Below are positions 28,903 through 37,923 of a stretch of DNA of 45,677 nucleotides, piece by piece. Location: contig JALZVA010000132.1 of assembly GCA_023301335.1 (NCBI GenBank), positions 1 to 45,677 of the forward strand. The letters run 5' to 3'. The position numbers and the translations under genes are program-made. The DNA comes from Akkermansiaceae bacterium. Its GTDB lineage: Bacteria; Verrucomicrobiota; Verrucomicrobiia; Verrucomicrobiales; Akkermansiaceae. Below the pieces are notes generated by a model that had not been told where the DNA came from, did not search any database, and was given only the letters and a program-made list of their open reading frames with translations. Each line of letters starts with the position of its first letter. The first letter of the stretch is position 1.

Positions 28903-29727
28903 TTAATCTGTGTGGGGTTTGGTAGCGTTAGTGAGTTCAGCTTGATTGATACACTGTGTTATTCGTTGGTTATGTGACCACTCTAGTGAGTCACCTAAGG
29001 CTTTGTGTGCCCATTCGATAGCTTTTTCTACGGCTAGATAAAGTTTATCCCCGTTGGCTAAATACGCAGTGATAGCTGCGGAGAGGGTGCAGCCTGTTCC
29101 GTGGGACTGTATCAGATGAAGGCGAGGGTGGGAGAATGTGTGGAGATCACTACCAATAGAGAGGTAATCAATGCATTGATCTTTATCAGACAGATGGCCA
29201 CCTTTGAGTAAGCAGGGTACTTTGAAGAGTTTGCTCAGAGCCTTCGCACTTTCTGCAATAGTCTTGTCAGAAATAGAGACTTGGAGGATAGCTTCAGCTT
29301 CAGGAATATTAGGAGTGATGAGTGAGGCTTGTGGGAAGATCATTTCACGATAAATATCGAGAATAGCAGCGGGAGAGAGTTCGGAACCTTCGGATGCGGT
29401 AAGCACGGGATCGACCACTAAGTGGGGTGTGTTCGTAAAATCTTGCTGTAAGCTCTCGCCAATAGTTTGAGCGGTCTCAGGAGTGCCAAGCATTCCTGTT
29501 TTTATCGCAGCAATAGGGTAAGTGGAGCTAAGAGACTGGATTTGTGCGCGAACTTCTTGAGGAGGAAGCGGGAAAATAGAATCGATTCTATGTGGAGTTT
29601 CTGCAACAACGGCAGTGACAGCCGTCAGGCCGTGACAGCCAAGCGAGGAAAAGGTTTTTAAATCCGCTTGAATCCCGGCTCCAGAGCAAGAGTCAGAGCC
29701 AGCGATACTGAGTGTTACAGGAGTCAC
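28903..29727 (-). CDS. thiD: Hydroxymethylpyrimidine/phosphomethylpyrimidine kinase
   Basis: LSIAGSDSCSGAGIQADLKTF, IKTGML, VVDPV, ITPNIPEA, LKGGH, HGTGCTLSAAI; GTG start. Confidence 0.95.
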   Translation of the reverse strand: MTPVTLSIAGSDSCSGAGIQADLKTFSSLGCHGLTAVTAVVAETPHRIDSIFPLPPQEVRAQIQSLSSTYPIAAIKTGMLGTPETAQTIGESLQQDFTNTPHLVVDPVLTASEGSELSPAAILDIYREMIFPQASLITPNIPEAEAILQVSISDKTIAESAKALSKLFKVPCLLKGGHLSDKDQCIDYLSIGSDLHTFSHPRLHLIQSHGTGCTLSAAITAYLANGDKLYLAVEKAIEWAHKALGDSLEWSHNQRITQCINQAELTNATKPHTD

Positions 29728-29848
29728 ATGAAAATCATGCCTTCTTTTTATAATATCGTCAATCGAAGGGTTTCTGTAGTATTGATTTTGTCTGCATTGA
29801 CGAATGTATGGTTAATTGTATGCTGCCCAGTAATCTCTTCCATAAAAT

Positions 29849-30721
29849 ATGAGTGATAACCTTCCCCAAGAATCTTTTAAGCAACGTATGTGGCGTATTG
29901 TCTTTGAGGCTGAAACCCGAGCAGGGAAGGTCTTTGATGTCATTTTAATTTGGTTGATTATAGCAAGTGTTATTGTGGTTATGCTGGAGACGGTAGACTA
30001 CTACTCGACGGCATACGCGCAAACCTTGTACGTGCTAGAGTGGTGCTTCACAGCCCTATTCACGATTGAATATTTTTTACGGCTGTGGTTGACAAGAAAA
30101 CCGCTGAAATACGCGTTCAGTTTTTTTGGAATTGTCGATTTTCTCTCCTGTATCCCCACTTATTTACTCCTTCTACCTTTTGGTGGAGCCGCAGCACATA
30201 GTCTCAGAGTGATAAGGATTTTACGCCTCTTTCGTATTTTTAGAGTCCTAAAGATGGTGCATCATGTACGTGGTGCGAATGTGATCCTTCGTGGCTTGCA
30301 GCGATCGAAGGCGAAGATCACTGTGTTTTTTGTAGCAATGGGGATACTGTCGGTGATAGCAGGCACCTTGATGTATTTAGTTGAGAGTAGGCAGCCAGAT
30401 AGTCAGTTCACCAGTATTCCTGTATCTGTCTATTATGCCGTGGTTTCGATTACGACAGTTGGGTATGGAGATATCACTGCTGCGACGAGTTTAGGGAAGT
30501 TTTTAACCTCATTGATGATTCTTACAGGTTACGCTATTATTGCGGTTCCTACAGGTATTGTTTCCAGTGAGATGTTACGAGCAGATGTGGATGAGACAAG
30601 TGATGCGTGTTCAAGCTGCGGTGTCCATGGACACCTTCACGACGCTAAATTCTGTCGCAAATGCGGAGAAAAGCTTAAAGAAGAGGTCGATGATAAACGG
30701 CCTTCTAAAAATAACGGATAA
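29849..30721 (+). CDS. Voltage-gated potassium channel (6TM ion transporter) with C-terminal zinc ribbon
   Basis: S4 segment LRVIRILRLFRIFRVLK, selectivity filter TTVGYGD, C..C....H..DA.FC..CG. Confidence 0.93.
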   Translation: MSDNLPQESFKQRMWRIVFEAETRAGKVFDVILIWLIIASVIVVMLETVDYYSTAYAQTLYVLEWCFTALFTIEYFLRLWLTRKPLKYAFSFFGIVDFLSCIPTYLLLLPFGGAAAHSLRVIRILRLFRIFRVLKMVHHVRGANVILRGLQRSKAKITVFFVAMGILSVIAGTLMYLVESRQPDSQFTSIPVSVYYAVVSITTVGYGDITAATSLGKFLTSLMILTGYAIIAVPTGIVSSEMLRADVDETSDACSSCGVHGHLHDAKFCRKCGEKLKEEVDDKRPSKNNG

Positions 30722-30733
30722 TGGGACTAGCTT

Positions 30734-31804
30734 TTATAGAGGCGGTAGCTTTTTCTTAACAGGGGAAGTTTCTTTCTTTAAAAGCTGAGTAACGGTTGGA
30801 GGGTCAGGTTCTGCTTTTAGTGTGACTCTCTGTGTGGATGTTGGAGGGCCCATTGGAGGAGGTGAATGAGGTAAATCTATGTTGACGAGTTGGTGAACCG
30901 TTGTTTTACGAAGCTCTGCTGTTTTTGTGAGCAACTCTTCAGAAGTTGCATCCTTTGTTGATGCTGCTGCGATTTTGACGTGAGAGGTTACAGAAGTTTT
31001 TAATGTCGACTTTAGTCTGATAGGCGCAGTTTCGACTTTTGCTTTCTCATCTTCAGAGATTGGGGCAACAGGTAGGTGACCGTGTTTGGTTCCTTTAAAT
31101 TCCCAGGTTTCCAGCTCGGCCACACAGCGGTAATCGACACCTGTATTATGGTTGTTAAGTGGCACGTGATAGTGGCCATAGACAACCATAGGAGCACGTG
31201 AGTATTGGACACAATCAGAGAGTCTGAATCGCTCTTCGTTGATTTCATTAAGAAGATTAGGATCTTCTTGAGAATAGTGGAAAATGTTAGGATCGAATTG
31301 ATCAATCACGGGAAGGGCTGTGATTGGGCCAGCATGAGTGATAAGAAGATCGGCAGGACCAAATTCCTCAACAATGTGATAAACTCGGCTTGGGCAACTC
31401 TCGTGCACTGGCTCTTCCTTCCACCACGACTGGTTATTGATCCGTCCTTCATGGGAGCGGTCAACAGAGATAGCGCCGCCTACAAAAATGATGTGATAGC
31501 CTTCTAGTTCGATACTATCGACATCTGCCATGAGGCTGATATGAGAGAGGGCATCATTCCATTGTTTTTGTCCTCCTCTGAAAAGATAAGGATTATCGTG
31601 GTTTCCTCGAATCATCCAGAGGTGAATGTCCATTTCAGAAGCTACGTCATTGACCACCTTCATACAATCTGGCGTAAGTGAGTCCTCAAACCCTACTCCA
31701 ATATCACCTACACATAGGAGGTGAGATTGGGGTGGAAGTTGTCGAACTTTTTCAGCTAAATCGTTAAATTTTCCGTGGATATCTCCGATACAAAAAATTG
31801 CCAT
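30734..31804 (-). CDS. Calcineurin-like metallophosphoesterase with a long Thr/Pro-rich tail
   Basis: GDIHG, VGDIG, RGNHDN, GGA.S.DR, THAGP, GHYH; about 110-aa low-complexity C-terminus. Confidence 0.88.
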   Translation of the reverse strand: MAIFCIGDIHGKFNDLAEKVRQLPPQSHLLCVGDIGVGFEDSLTPDCMKVVNDVASEMDIHLWMIRGNHDNPYLFRGGQKQWNDALSHISLMADVDSIELEGYHIIFVGGAISVDRSHEGRINNQSWWKEEPVHESCPSRVYHIVEEFGPADLLITHAGPITALPVIDQFDPNIFHYSQEDPNLLNEINEERFRLSDCVQYSRAPMVVYGHYHVPLNNHNTGVDYRCVAELETWEFKGTKHGHLPVAPISEDEKAKVETAPIRLKSTLKTSVTSHVKIAAASTKDATSEELLTKTAELRKTTVHQLVNIDLPHSPPPMGPPTSTQRVTLKAEPDPPTVTQLLKKETSPVKKKLPPL

Positions 31805-32027
31805 AATTATGAGTTGTATATTGTTATTCGCTTTGAGGTTTGAAAATCACTAGCTAGTTTATAGACTAATTTTTTTAAAAAACCATAAATTTCAGCCTCT
31901 TTTTTTAATTTGTCTAGATTTTCTCTTTTGTGAGGTTAACGGCTTTCTATGGGATGATGTTTTGTTGAAAAAACAGCACCTAATACACGGTTTTTAGGAG
32001 ATTTGCATCTTCTTAATAAAGAGCTTG

Positions 32028-32722
32028 TTAAAGTTGATTAAGTACCCCCGCATCTGGCTCCACAGCCCGCTCCTCTTCCCTGATTTTTGACCAAGTAAGA
32101 AATGATAACGCCGATGATAATAACAATTACAAACGTGCCTGAGCCAGTGCTTGAGTGTTCTATTGACCTATTTTTTTGGGGGGAGGAAAAAGCTTGTGAG
32201 CATGCTGTCGAAAGGGCGATTAAGCCGAGACCGGCACAGCTATACTGGAGTAATTTTTTTTGGTTACGTATGCTTTGTTAGTATCTACTCGCTGTATATG
32301 AGTGGGCGGAAAGCGTTGTTTAGCGTTTGGCCATATAGTGGGGTCTGGCGACTCACCAAAATGTTTTTTATAAGACTCTAATGTCTTCACATACCAGTCC
32401 TCAAATTTCTCCCGTTCTTTGTCACCTCCTCGGGTAGGACCATGATGAATAGCTTTCCCAAGTGTTTTTTTACACATTTCATCCCAATAGGAATGGGTGT
32501 AGAAGAGGTGTTGGTGCCATGCTTGATCAACTTGGTCAGATGGGGTAACAGGGTGTCCTGCTTCGCAGGCGAGGTAGAGGAACTTCTTATACTCTTCTAA
32601 GCTTTCTTTGTGTAGGGAAGCGACCAATGCTTTTCGTTAGCGAGAAGGGAGGAGAGTTTGAGTCCTGAATTAGGATCGTCAAATTGAAAAGAGCTGATGG
32701 ATTGCCACAAAATCGTGTTTAT
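32028..32722 (-). pseudogene. Glycine-rich-domain-containing (GRDP-like) membrane protein, frameshifted
   Basis: Frame 1 (ATA)NTILWQSISSFQFDDPNSGLKLSSLLANEKHWSLPYTKKA; shift to LEEYKKFLYLACEAGHPVTPSDQVDQAWHQHLFYT...YW...IHHGPT.GG...; shift at an A8 run to LLQYSCAGLGL...TM...GRGAGCGARCG. Confidence 0.75.
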
Positions 32723-32862
32723 TTTTAGAATTTAAAAGATGGAAAAGGGAAAAGCCATGCGAAAGTTAGAGAGGAGATTTTTTTTAAAGATGCCAGACGA
32801 TGGATAAGAGAATCTTGATTTTGTATTGATTGTTCACAGCAGTCGTTTCATCTTACTTACAG

Positions 32863-33405
32863 ATGGACGGGCTGACTACAGAAGAAGAGAGTTTTGATTT
32901 TAGCAGTGATGCATTTTTTATGCAGCAAGCACTACGGGGCGCGCGAAAGGCTTATGCGGCGATGGAGGTGCCTGTCGGAGCAGTGATCACGCGTGGAGAT
33001 GAGATCATTGCTAGGGGGTGGAATCAGGTGGAGTTACTAAAAGATGCGACAGCTCATGCCGAGATGTTAGCTTTAGGTGCTGCACAAGAGGCGCTCGGAG
33101 ATTGGCGCCTTGATGGCTGCACATTGTATGTGACTAAGGAGCCTTGCCCTATGTGCGCGGGAGCCATTGTGCATTGCCGCCCAGACCGAGTGGTATTTGG
33201 CTGCAGCGATCCAAAGGCTGGTGCTGCTGGTGGGTGGATCAATTTATTAGAATCAGCACCTCCGTTAAATCATACCTGTCAGGTGACACGTGGGGTTCTA
33301 GGGCAGGAGTGTTTAGATATTGTGCAGAGCTTTTTTAGAGAAGCAAGGGAGAGGAAAAAGCAGGAGAAAATAATGAGGAGGTTAGAGGATGAAAAAAAAG
33401 CATAA
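32863..33405 (+). CDS. tadA: tRNA adenosine(34) deaminase
   Basis: EVPVGAVI, DATAHAEM, TLYVTKEPCPMCAGA, DPKAGA, LNH, FF...R; start taken at ATG 32863. Confidence 0.95.
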   Translation: MDGLTTEEESFDFSSDAFFMQQALRGARKAYAAMEVPVGAVITRGDEIIARGWNQVELLKDATAHAEMLALGAAQEALGDWRLDGCTLYVTKEPCPMCAGAIVHCRPDRVVFGCSDPKAGAAGGWINLLESAPPLNHTCQVTRGVLGQECLDIVQSFFREARERKKQEKIMRRLEDEKKA

Positions 33406-34168
33406 AGACGCACCCCTTATACGCATTGAGAATGTGCATAAGAGTTTTGGTTCGCACCATGTATTGAAAGGGGTTAGCACAGCTATTTATAGAGGGGAAA
33501 CGGTCGCTCTGTTAGGAGGATCAGGTGGAGGAAAGAGTGTCTTACTAAAGCATATGATCGGACTACTTCTGCCTGATGAAGGAGAGGTCTATGTGAATGA
33601 GCAGGTGATCTCAAATTTCTCTGAGCGGGAGCTAGGAGAGGTGCGTCAGCAGATTGGTATGATGTTTCAAGGGGGGGCTTTATTTGATTCCATGAGCGTG
33701 TTTAAGAATGTCGCGTTCCCTTTGATTGAGCGAGGACAGAGGGATAGAGCTGAAGTTGAACGACAGGTGAACGAAGTGTTAGAAGTAGTGCGCTTAGATG
33801 GAATGGGAGATAAGATGCCTTCTGAGATTTCTGGAGGAATGCGGAAGCGTGTGGCCCTTGCCCGTGCGATTATTGATAAGCCTGCCTGCGTGCTGTATGA
33901 TGAACCACATGCGGGGCTAGATCCAATCACGGCGGATAAGATCGATCACTTAATGAAAAACTTACAAACCGAATTAGGCATCACCAATGTCGTGATCACT
34001 CACGAAATGCGGAGTGTCTTTAGGGTGGCGGATAGAGTCATTTTTATGAAAGAGGGATTGGTTTATTTTGAGGGAACTCCCGAGGAGATGAAGGCTAGTG
34101 AGGACCCAGAACTGGTTAACTTTATTGAAGGGAACTCCGGTCAAGAGTGGGAGGGAGAGCGTGTTTAA
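33389..34168 (+). CDS. mlaF: ABC transporter ATP-binding protein, MlaF/Mkl family
   Basis: GGSGGGKS, FQGGALFDSM, SGGMRKRVALARA, YDEP.AGLDP, ITHEM. Confidence 0.85.
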   Translation: MKKKHKDAPLIRIENVHKSFGSHHVLKGVSTAIYRGETVALLGGSGGGKSVLLKHMIGLLLPDEGEVYVNEQVISNFSERELGEVRQQIGMMFQGGALFDSMSVFKNVAFPLIERGQRDRAEVERQVNEVLEVVRLDGMGDKMPSEISGGMRKRVALARAIIDKPACVLYDEPHAGLDPITADKIDHLMKNLQTELGITNVVITHEMRSVFRVADRVIFMKEGLVYFEGTPEEMKASEDPELVNFIEGNSGQEWEGERV

Positions 34169-34619
34169 CATTGTCTTATTTCGTCCGGAAATTCCGCATA
34201 ATACAGGTGCGGTAGGGAGGTTAGCACTAGCTACTGGTGCATCGTTGCATCTGATTAAACCGCTTGGTTTTTCCATTGATGATACTGCAGTGAAGCGTGC
34301 GGGACTAGACTATTGGAAAGATGTAGACGTCCACATCTGGGAAGATTGGGAGCACTTCATCGAGGGGAAAGAGCAGGAGCAGAAAGTTTACCTCCTCACC
34401 ACAAAGACAGAAAAATCTTATTTTTGCGCAAATTTTAAGAAAGGAGATTACTTGGTGTTTGGTCCTGAAGGAAAGGGTTTACCCGAAACATTTCTGAAAG
34501 ATACGCCTGAGCATAATCTAACTATCCCAATGCGGAAGGATTCCACAAGAAGTTTAAATTTAGCTACAGCAGTCTCGATCGTGCTTTACGAAGGAGTGCG
34601 CCAAGTCGGGCTAGAGTGA
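34161..34619 (+). CDS. trmL: tRNA (cytidine/uridine(34)-2'-O)-methyltransferase
   Basis: GTG start at 34161 after GAGGGAG; IVLFRPEIPHNTG, HLIKPLGF, KRAGLDYW, FGPE..GLP, RSLNLA. Confidence 0.95.
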   Translation: MFNIVLFRPEIPHNTGAVGRLALATGASLHLIKPLGFSIDDTAVKRAGLDYWKDVDVHIWEDWEHFIEGKEQEQKVYLLTTKTEKSYFCANFKKGDYLVFGPEGKGLPETFLKDTPEHNLTIPMRKDSTRSLNLATAVSIVLYEGVRQVGLE

Positions 34620-34640
34620 AGAGAGTGGGGGAGCTTAGAG

Positions 34641-34940
34641 TTACTCACAATCCATGATCGTGACTTTTTCCCACCAATCTTTATAATTTGTGATAAATTC
34701 AAGGTGTGCCGGATCTACCTGATAGGCGTCATGGTCAGCAATACTTTCAAATGAACTGTAAGCGGCATAAGTATAAGAGTCCTCGATAACGGGACGCTTC
34801 TCTGTGGCAGCAGGCTTTCCCCAGCCACCACTTGTGATATGTGAGATGGCGCTTAATTTGTCTAGTGCGCCTTCAAATGCTGCTTGGTCTGTAGGATTGA
34901 GGTGCTCTTCTTTAAGCCAAAAATAAACGTGGTGTTGCAT
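34641..34940 (-). CDS. Dabb (stress-responsive A/B barrel) protein
   Basis: H.VYFWLK...G.PA...R......Y......F.....D.YQ..P.H..F pattern. Confidence 0.85.
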   Translation of the reverse strand: MQHHVYFWLKEEHLNPTDQAAFEGALDKLSAISHITSGGWGKPAATEKRPVIEDSYTYAAYSSFESIADHDAYQVDPAHLEFITNYKDWWEKVTIMDCE

Positions 34941-35126
34941 ATTCTTAGAGAACTAAAGTGAATGCTGGGATGTGAGAAGTAAAAAATACTTGGATGTCGA
35001 TCATTTCTCTTGCTTAACGAGACCAGTTAGGTATCACGTGGTCGCTCTTCTGGCGGAGCTAATTTTTATACAGATGGATTAGGTGCGCTAGAAATAGTGC
35101 TTACATTTTTACAAACTAATCACATC

Positions 35127-36293
35127 ATGGACAGTATCTCATCACGTATCGCGCAGGTCACCCCGTCACTCACTCTTTCCATCACAAACCAAGCAAAAGC
35201 TATGAAAGCTGCTGGTGAGGAAGTTTACGGATTAGCCGGAGGTGAGCCAGAAATGGACACCCCTCAGTTCATCAAAGACGCTGCCATTCAGGCACTTACT
35301 GATGGAAAAACGAAGTACACACCTGCTGCTGGTGTCCCTGAATTACGCGAGGCAATTGCCGAGAAATTAGAAAAAGAAAACGGAATCAGCTACGAGCCGA
35401 ACCAAGTCATCGTGAATTCTGGAGCAAAGCACTCTTGCATGAATGCAATTATGGCAGTGGTGGAAGAAGGTGACGAAGTGATCATTCCTTCTCCTTACTG
35501 GGTTAGTTACCCAGAGATGGTGCGTATTGCTGGTGGTGTTCCTGTTCTCGTTGAGACGACAGAAGAAAACGGCTGGAAAATCACTCCTGAGCAATTCGAG
35601 GAGCACATGACTGGCCTCACTAAGATGATCATCCTAAATACTCCTGGGAACCCTACTGGCGCGATCTATAGTGCTGATGAGCTAAGAGCTCTCGGTGAGG
35701 TTGCTCTCCTAGAAGATATCATCATTCTTTCTGATGAAATTTACGAAAAGCTAATCTACGGAGAAGCTCAGCATGTAAGTATAGCTTCACTTAGTAAGGA
35801 CCTCTATGACCTTACCATCACTATCGGTGGTTTTTCTAAGGCATACTCAATGACTGGATGGAGAATCGGCTATATCGCTGCCCCTAAGGAAATTGCCGCT
35901 GCAATTGCAAAAATCCAAGGCCACACGACTTCGAACGCCTGCTCATTCTCACAATACGGAGCTCTTGCAGCCCTTCAGCAGCAGAGCACATTTGTAGATG
36001 ATCTTCGCTCCGAATATGACATGCGCCGCACGTTCATGTTTGACCGTCTTTCTAAGATTTCAAATATTTCAGTCGTTGAACCACAGGGGGCATTTTACTT
36101 CTTCGTAAATGCTAAGCCAATGGGACTCCAGTCTGTGAACCTTTGTGATAAACTCTTAAAACGTTATAAGGTAGCAACTGTTCCTGGGATCGCATTCGGA
36201 AATGATAGTGCTCTGCGCATTAGTTACTGTACCACACTAGATGTGCTCAATGAGGGGTTAAGCCGCTTTGAAGACTTCTGTCGTTCTCATTAA
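35127..36293 (+). CDS. aspC: PLP-dependent class I aminotransferase (aspartate aminotransferase type)
   Basis: GEP.DTP, YTPAAG, GAK, PYWVSY, NTPGNPTG, SDEIYE, SKAYSMTGWRIG, PQGAFY; start at ATG 35127 (the ORF track starts at 35097). Confidence 0.9.
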   Translation: MDSISSRIAQVTPSLTLSITNQAKAMKAAGEEVYGLAGGEPEMDTPQFIKDAAIQALTDGKTKYTPAAGVPELREAIAEKLEKENGISYEPNQVIVNSGAKHSCMNAIMAVVEEGDEVIIPSPYWVSYPEMVRIAGGVPVLVETTEENGWKITPEQFEEHMTGLTKMIILNTPGNPTGAIYSADELRALGEVALLEDIIILSDEIYEKLIYGEAQHVSIASLSKDLYDLTITIGGFSKAYSMTGWRIGYIAAPKEIAAAIAKIQGHTTSNACSFSQYGALAALQQQSTFVDDLRSEYDMRRTFMFDRLSKISNISVVEPQGAFYFFVNAKPMGLQSVNLCDKLLKRYKVATVPGIAFGNDSALRISYCTTLDVLNEGLSRFEDFCRSH

Positions 36294-36320
36294 TTTAAAA
36301 ATAGCTCTGAAAGGAGTATG

Positions 36321-36355
36321 AAAATACCATCTCTTAACTAGGGGTGGTATTTTTT
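36321..36355 (+). terminator. Rho-independent terminator of the aminotransferase gene
   Basis: AAAATACCATCTCT-loop-AGGGGTGGTATTTTTT. Confidence 0.75.
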
Positions 36356-36542
36356 GACCCGAAGGTGGAGAACCTTAAGAAGGTTTAAAATTAGCCCAAA
36401 TATCTTTCTTAAGTCGATTGCATAAGATTTGTAATCTTTTTAATGAGTCGGTTTCATGGGCTTTTAAAGAAAATAGTTGCGTTATTGACCCAGGATAGTA
36501 TACTATTAATATCCCCTCTAAAAAAATAAGGATAAAACTGGT

Positions 36543-36764
36543 ATGAAGAAGACGAAATTAGCATTACGTGTAAACGCAGATAACCTTAATCACCATTTAT
36601 GGAATAATAGAGGAGTTTGGTGGTGCCACTTGACCGTCCATAAATCGGATGCGACAGCCGAGAGAATGCGCTTTTCTCTAAAAACAAGAGATGTCGAAAG
36701 AGCTCGTGAGAGACGTGATAAAATCTTTGAGGATATCTCTAAGCACTACGAAATCGCAGCCTAA
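36543..36764 (+). CDS. Small basic hypothetical protein resembling integrase arm-type DNA-binding domains
   Basis: Isolated ORF in AT-rich DNA with TAAGGA upstream; NHHLWNNRGVWW...R.R.SLKTRD...A..RRD pattern; hairpin over the stop codon. Confidence 0.7.
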   Translation: MKKTKLALRVNADNLNHHLWNNRGVWWCHLTVHKSDATAERMRFSLKTRDVERARERRDKIFEDISKHYEIAA

Positions 36765-36962
36765 GTAGCTGTGATTTAAACTTAGCACTAAGAGCTGCAT
36801 TCAATTTTTTTTAGGTTGCTCTGTACTTCTATATATTGACATAATCGTTGTCCCGATACGATGTGTTAGTAGGGTATTTCCCGATCTTTTATGGCTGTTG
36901 ACGAGTTTACGGAATCTCTCGATTTCATTTGAAATTTACTCCAGTTTCCCTAACCTACCGCT

Positions 36963-37904
36963 ATGGCTACAACCTCAATTGACCTGTGCGAGGAAATCAC
37001 TCGTCTCAAGAAAGAGAAAAACGCAATCATTTTAGCGCATAACTATCAAATCGGTGAAATTCAAGATATTGCTGATTATGTAGGAGATTCCCTAGGGCTT
37101 GCGTACCAGGCTCAGACTTGTGATGAAAAAGTAATCTGCTTTTGTGGAGTGCACTTCATGGCGGAGACAGCAAAAATTTTGAACCCAAACAAAACGGTCA
37201 TCCTCCCTGATCGTGATGCAGGCTGTTCCTTAGAAACTTCCTGTCCAGCAGATGAGCTGGAAGCCTTCATCAATGCGAATGAGGAAAAGAACTATTACGT
37301 GATCGCCTACATCAACTGCTCAGCAGGGGTGAAAGCACTTTGTGATGTCATCTGTACCTCAGGGAACGCAGTGAAAATTGTCGAACAAGCTCCAGCTGAT
37401 AGACCTATTTTATTCGTCCCGGATGCCAATCTTGGCGCATGGGTGATGGAGCAAACGGGCCGCAAGATGGATCTCTGGCAGGGGTCATGCTATGTCCACA
37501 TGGAATTTACCAGAGATTCTATCAACGGAATTAAGGAAGAGTATCCAGATGCACTAGTCGTAGCACACCCAGAATGCACGACAGCTGTTAGATTGCTGGC
37601 AGATGAAGTCTGCTCCACGGAAAAGATGGTGGATTTTTGTAAGCAAGCAGAGTCAAAAAATATTATCGTGGTCACAGAGTCTGGAATGCTTCACCGCCTA
37701 CAGAAGGAAGCTCCAGATAAAAATCTCATCGCTGGCCCGACGGATCACTGCGCGTGTAATGATTGTAAATTCATGAAGATGAATACAATGGAGAAGCTCT
37801 ACCAATGTCTTCTCGATCTTTCACCAACCGTGGAGATGGAAGAAGCAACCCGTAAGCGTGCAGAGGAGCCTATCCTCAGAATGCTTGAGCAATCACGGAA
37901 CTAA
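36963..37904 (+). CDS. nadA: Quinolinate synthase A
   Basis: ILAHNYQ, GDSL, FCGVHFMAETAKILNP, AGCSL, Y.NCSA, CTS.NA, PD.NLG, AHPEC, C..MK. Confidence 0.97.
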   Translation: MATTSIDLCEEITRLKKEKNAIILAHNYQIGEIQDIADYVGDSLGLAYQAQTCDEKVICFCGVHFMAETAKILNPNKTVILPDRDAGCSLETSCPADELEAFINANEEKNYYVIAYINCSAGVKALCDVICTSGNAVKIVEQAPADRPILFVPDANLGAWVMEQTGRKMDLWQGSCYVHMEFTRDSINGIKEEYPDALVVAHPECTTAVRLLADEVCSTEKMVDFCKQAESKNIIVVTESGMLHRLQKEAPDKNLIAGPTDHCACNDCKFMKMNTMEKLYQCLLDLSPTVEMEEATRKRAEEPILRMLEQSRN

Positions 37905-37923
37905 TCTTCTCGAACTCCGCCCT

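Noticed and set aside
29728-29848. TPP riboswitch upstream of thiD
   Set aside because: No GCTGAGA...CCTGA...AATGC...AGGGA core on the minus strand.
32151-32381. 76-aa plus-strand ORF
   Set aside because: Antisense to the glycine-rich-domain pseudogene, which explains the region better.
36700-36800. tmRNA (YEIAA* followed by a hairpin resembles a tag reading frame)
   Set aside because: No tRNA-like 5' GGGG or 3' T-arm/CCA ends nearby, and the peptide is the end of an ordinary ATG-initiated ORF.
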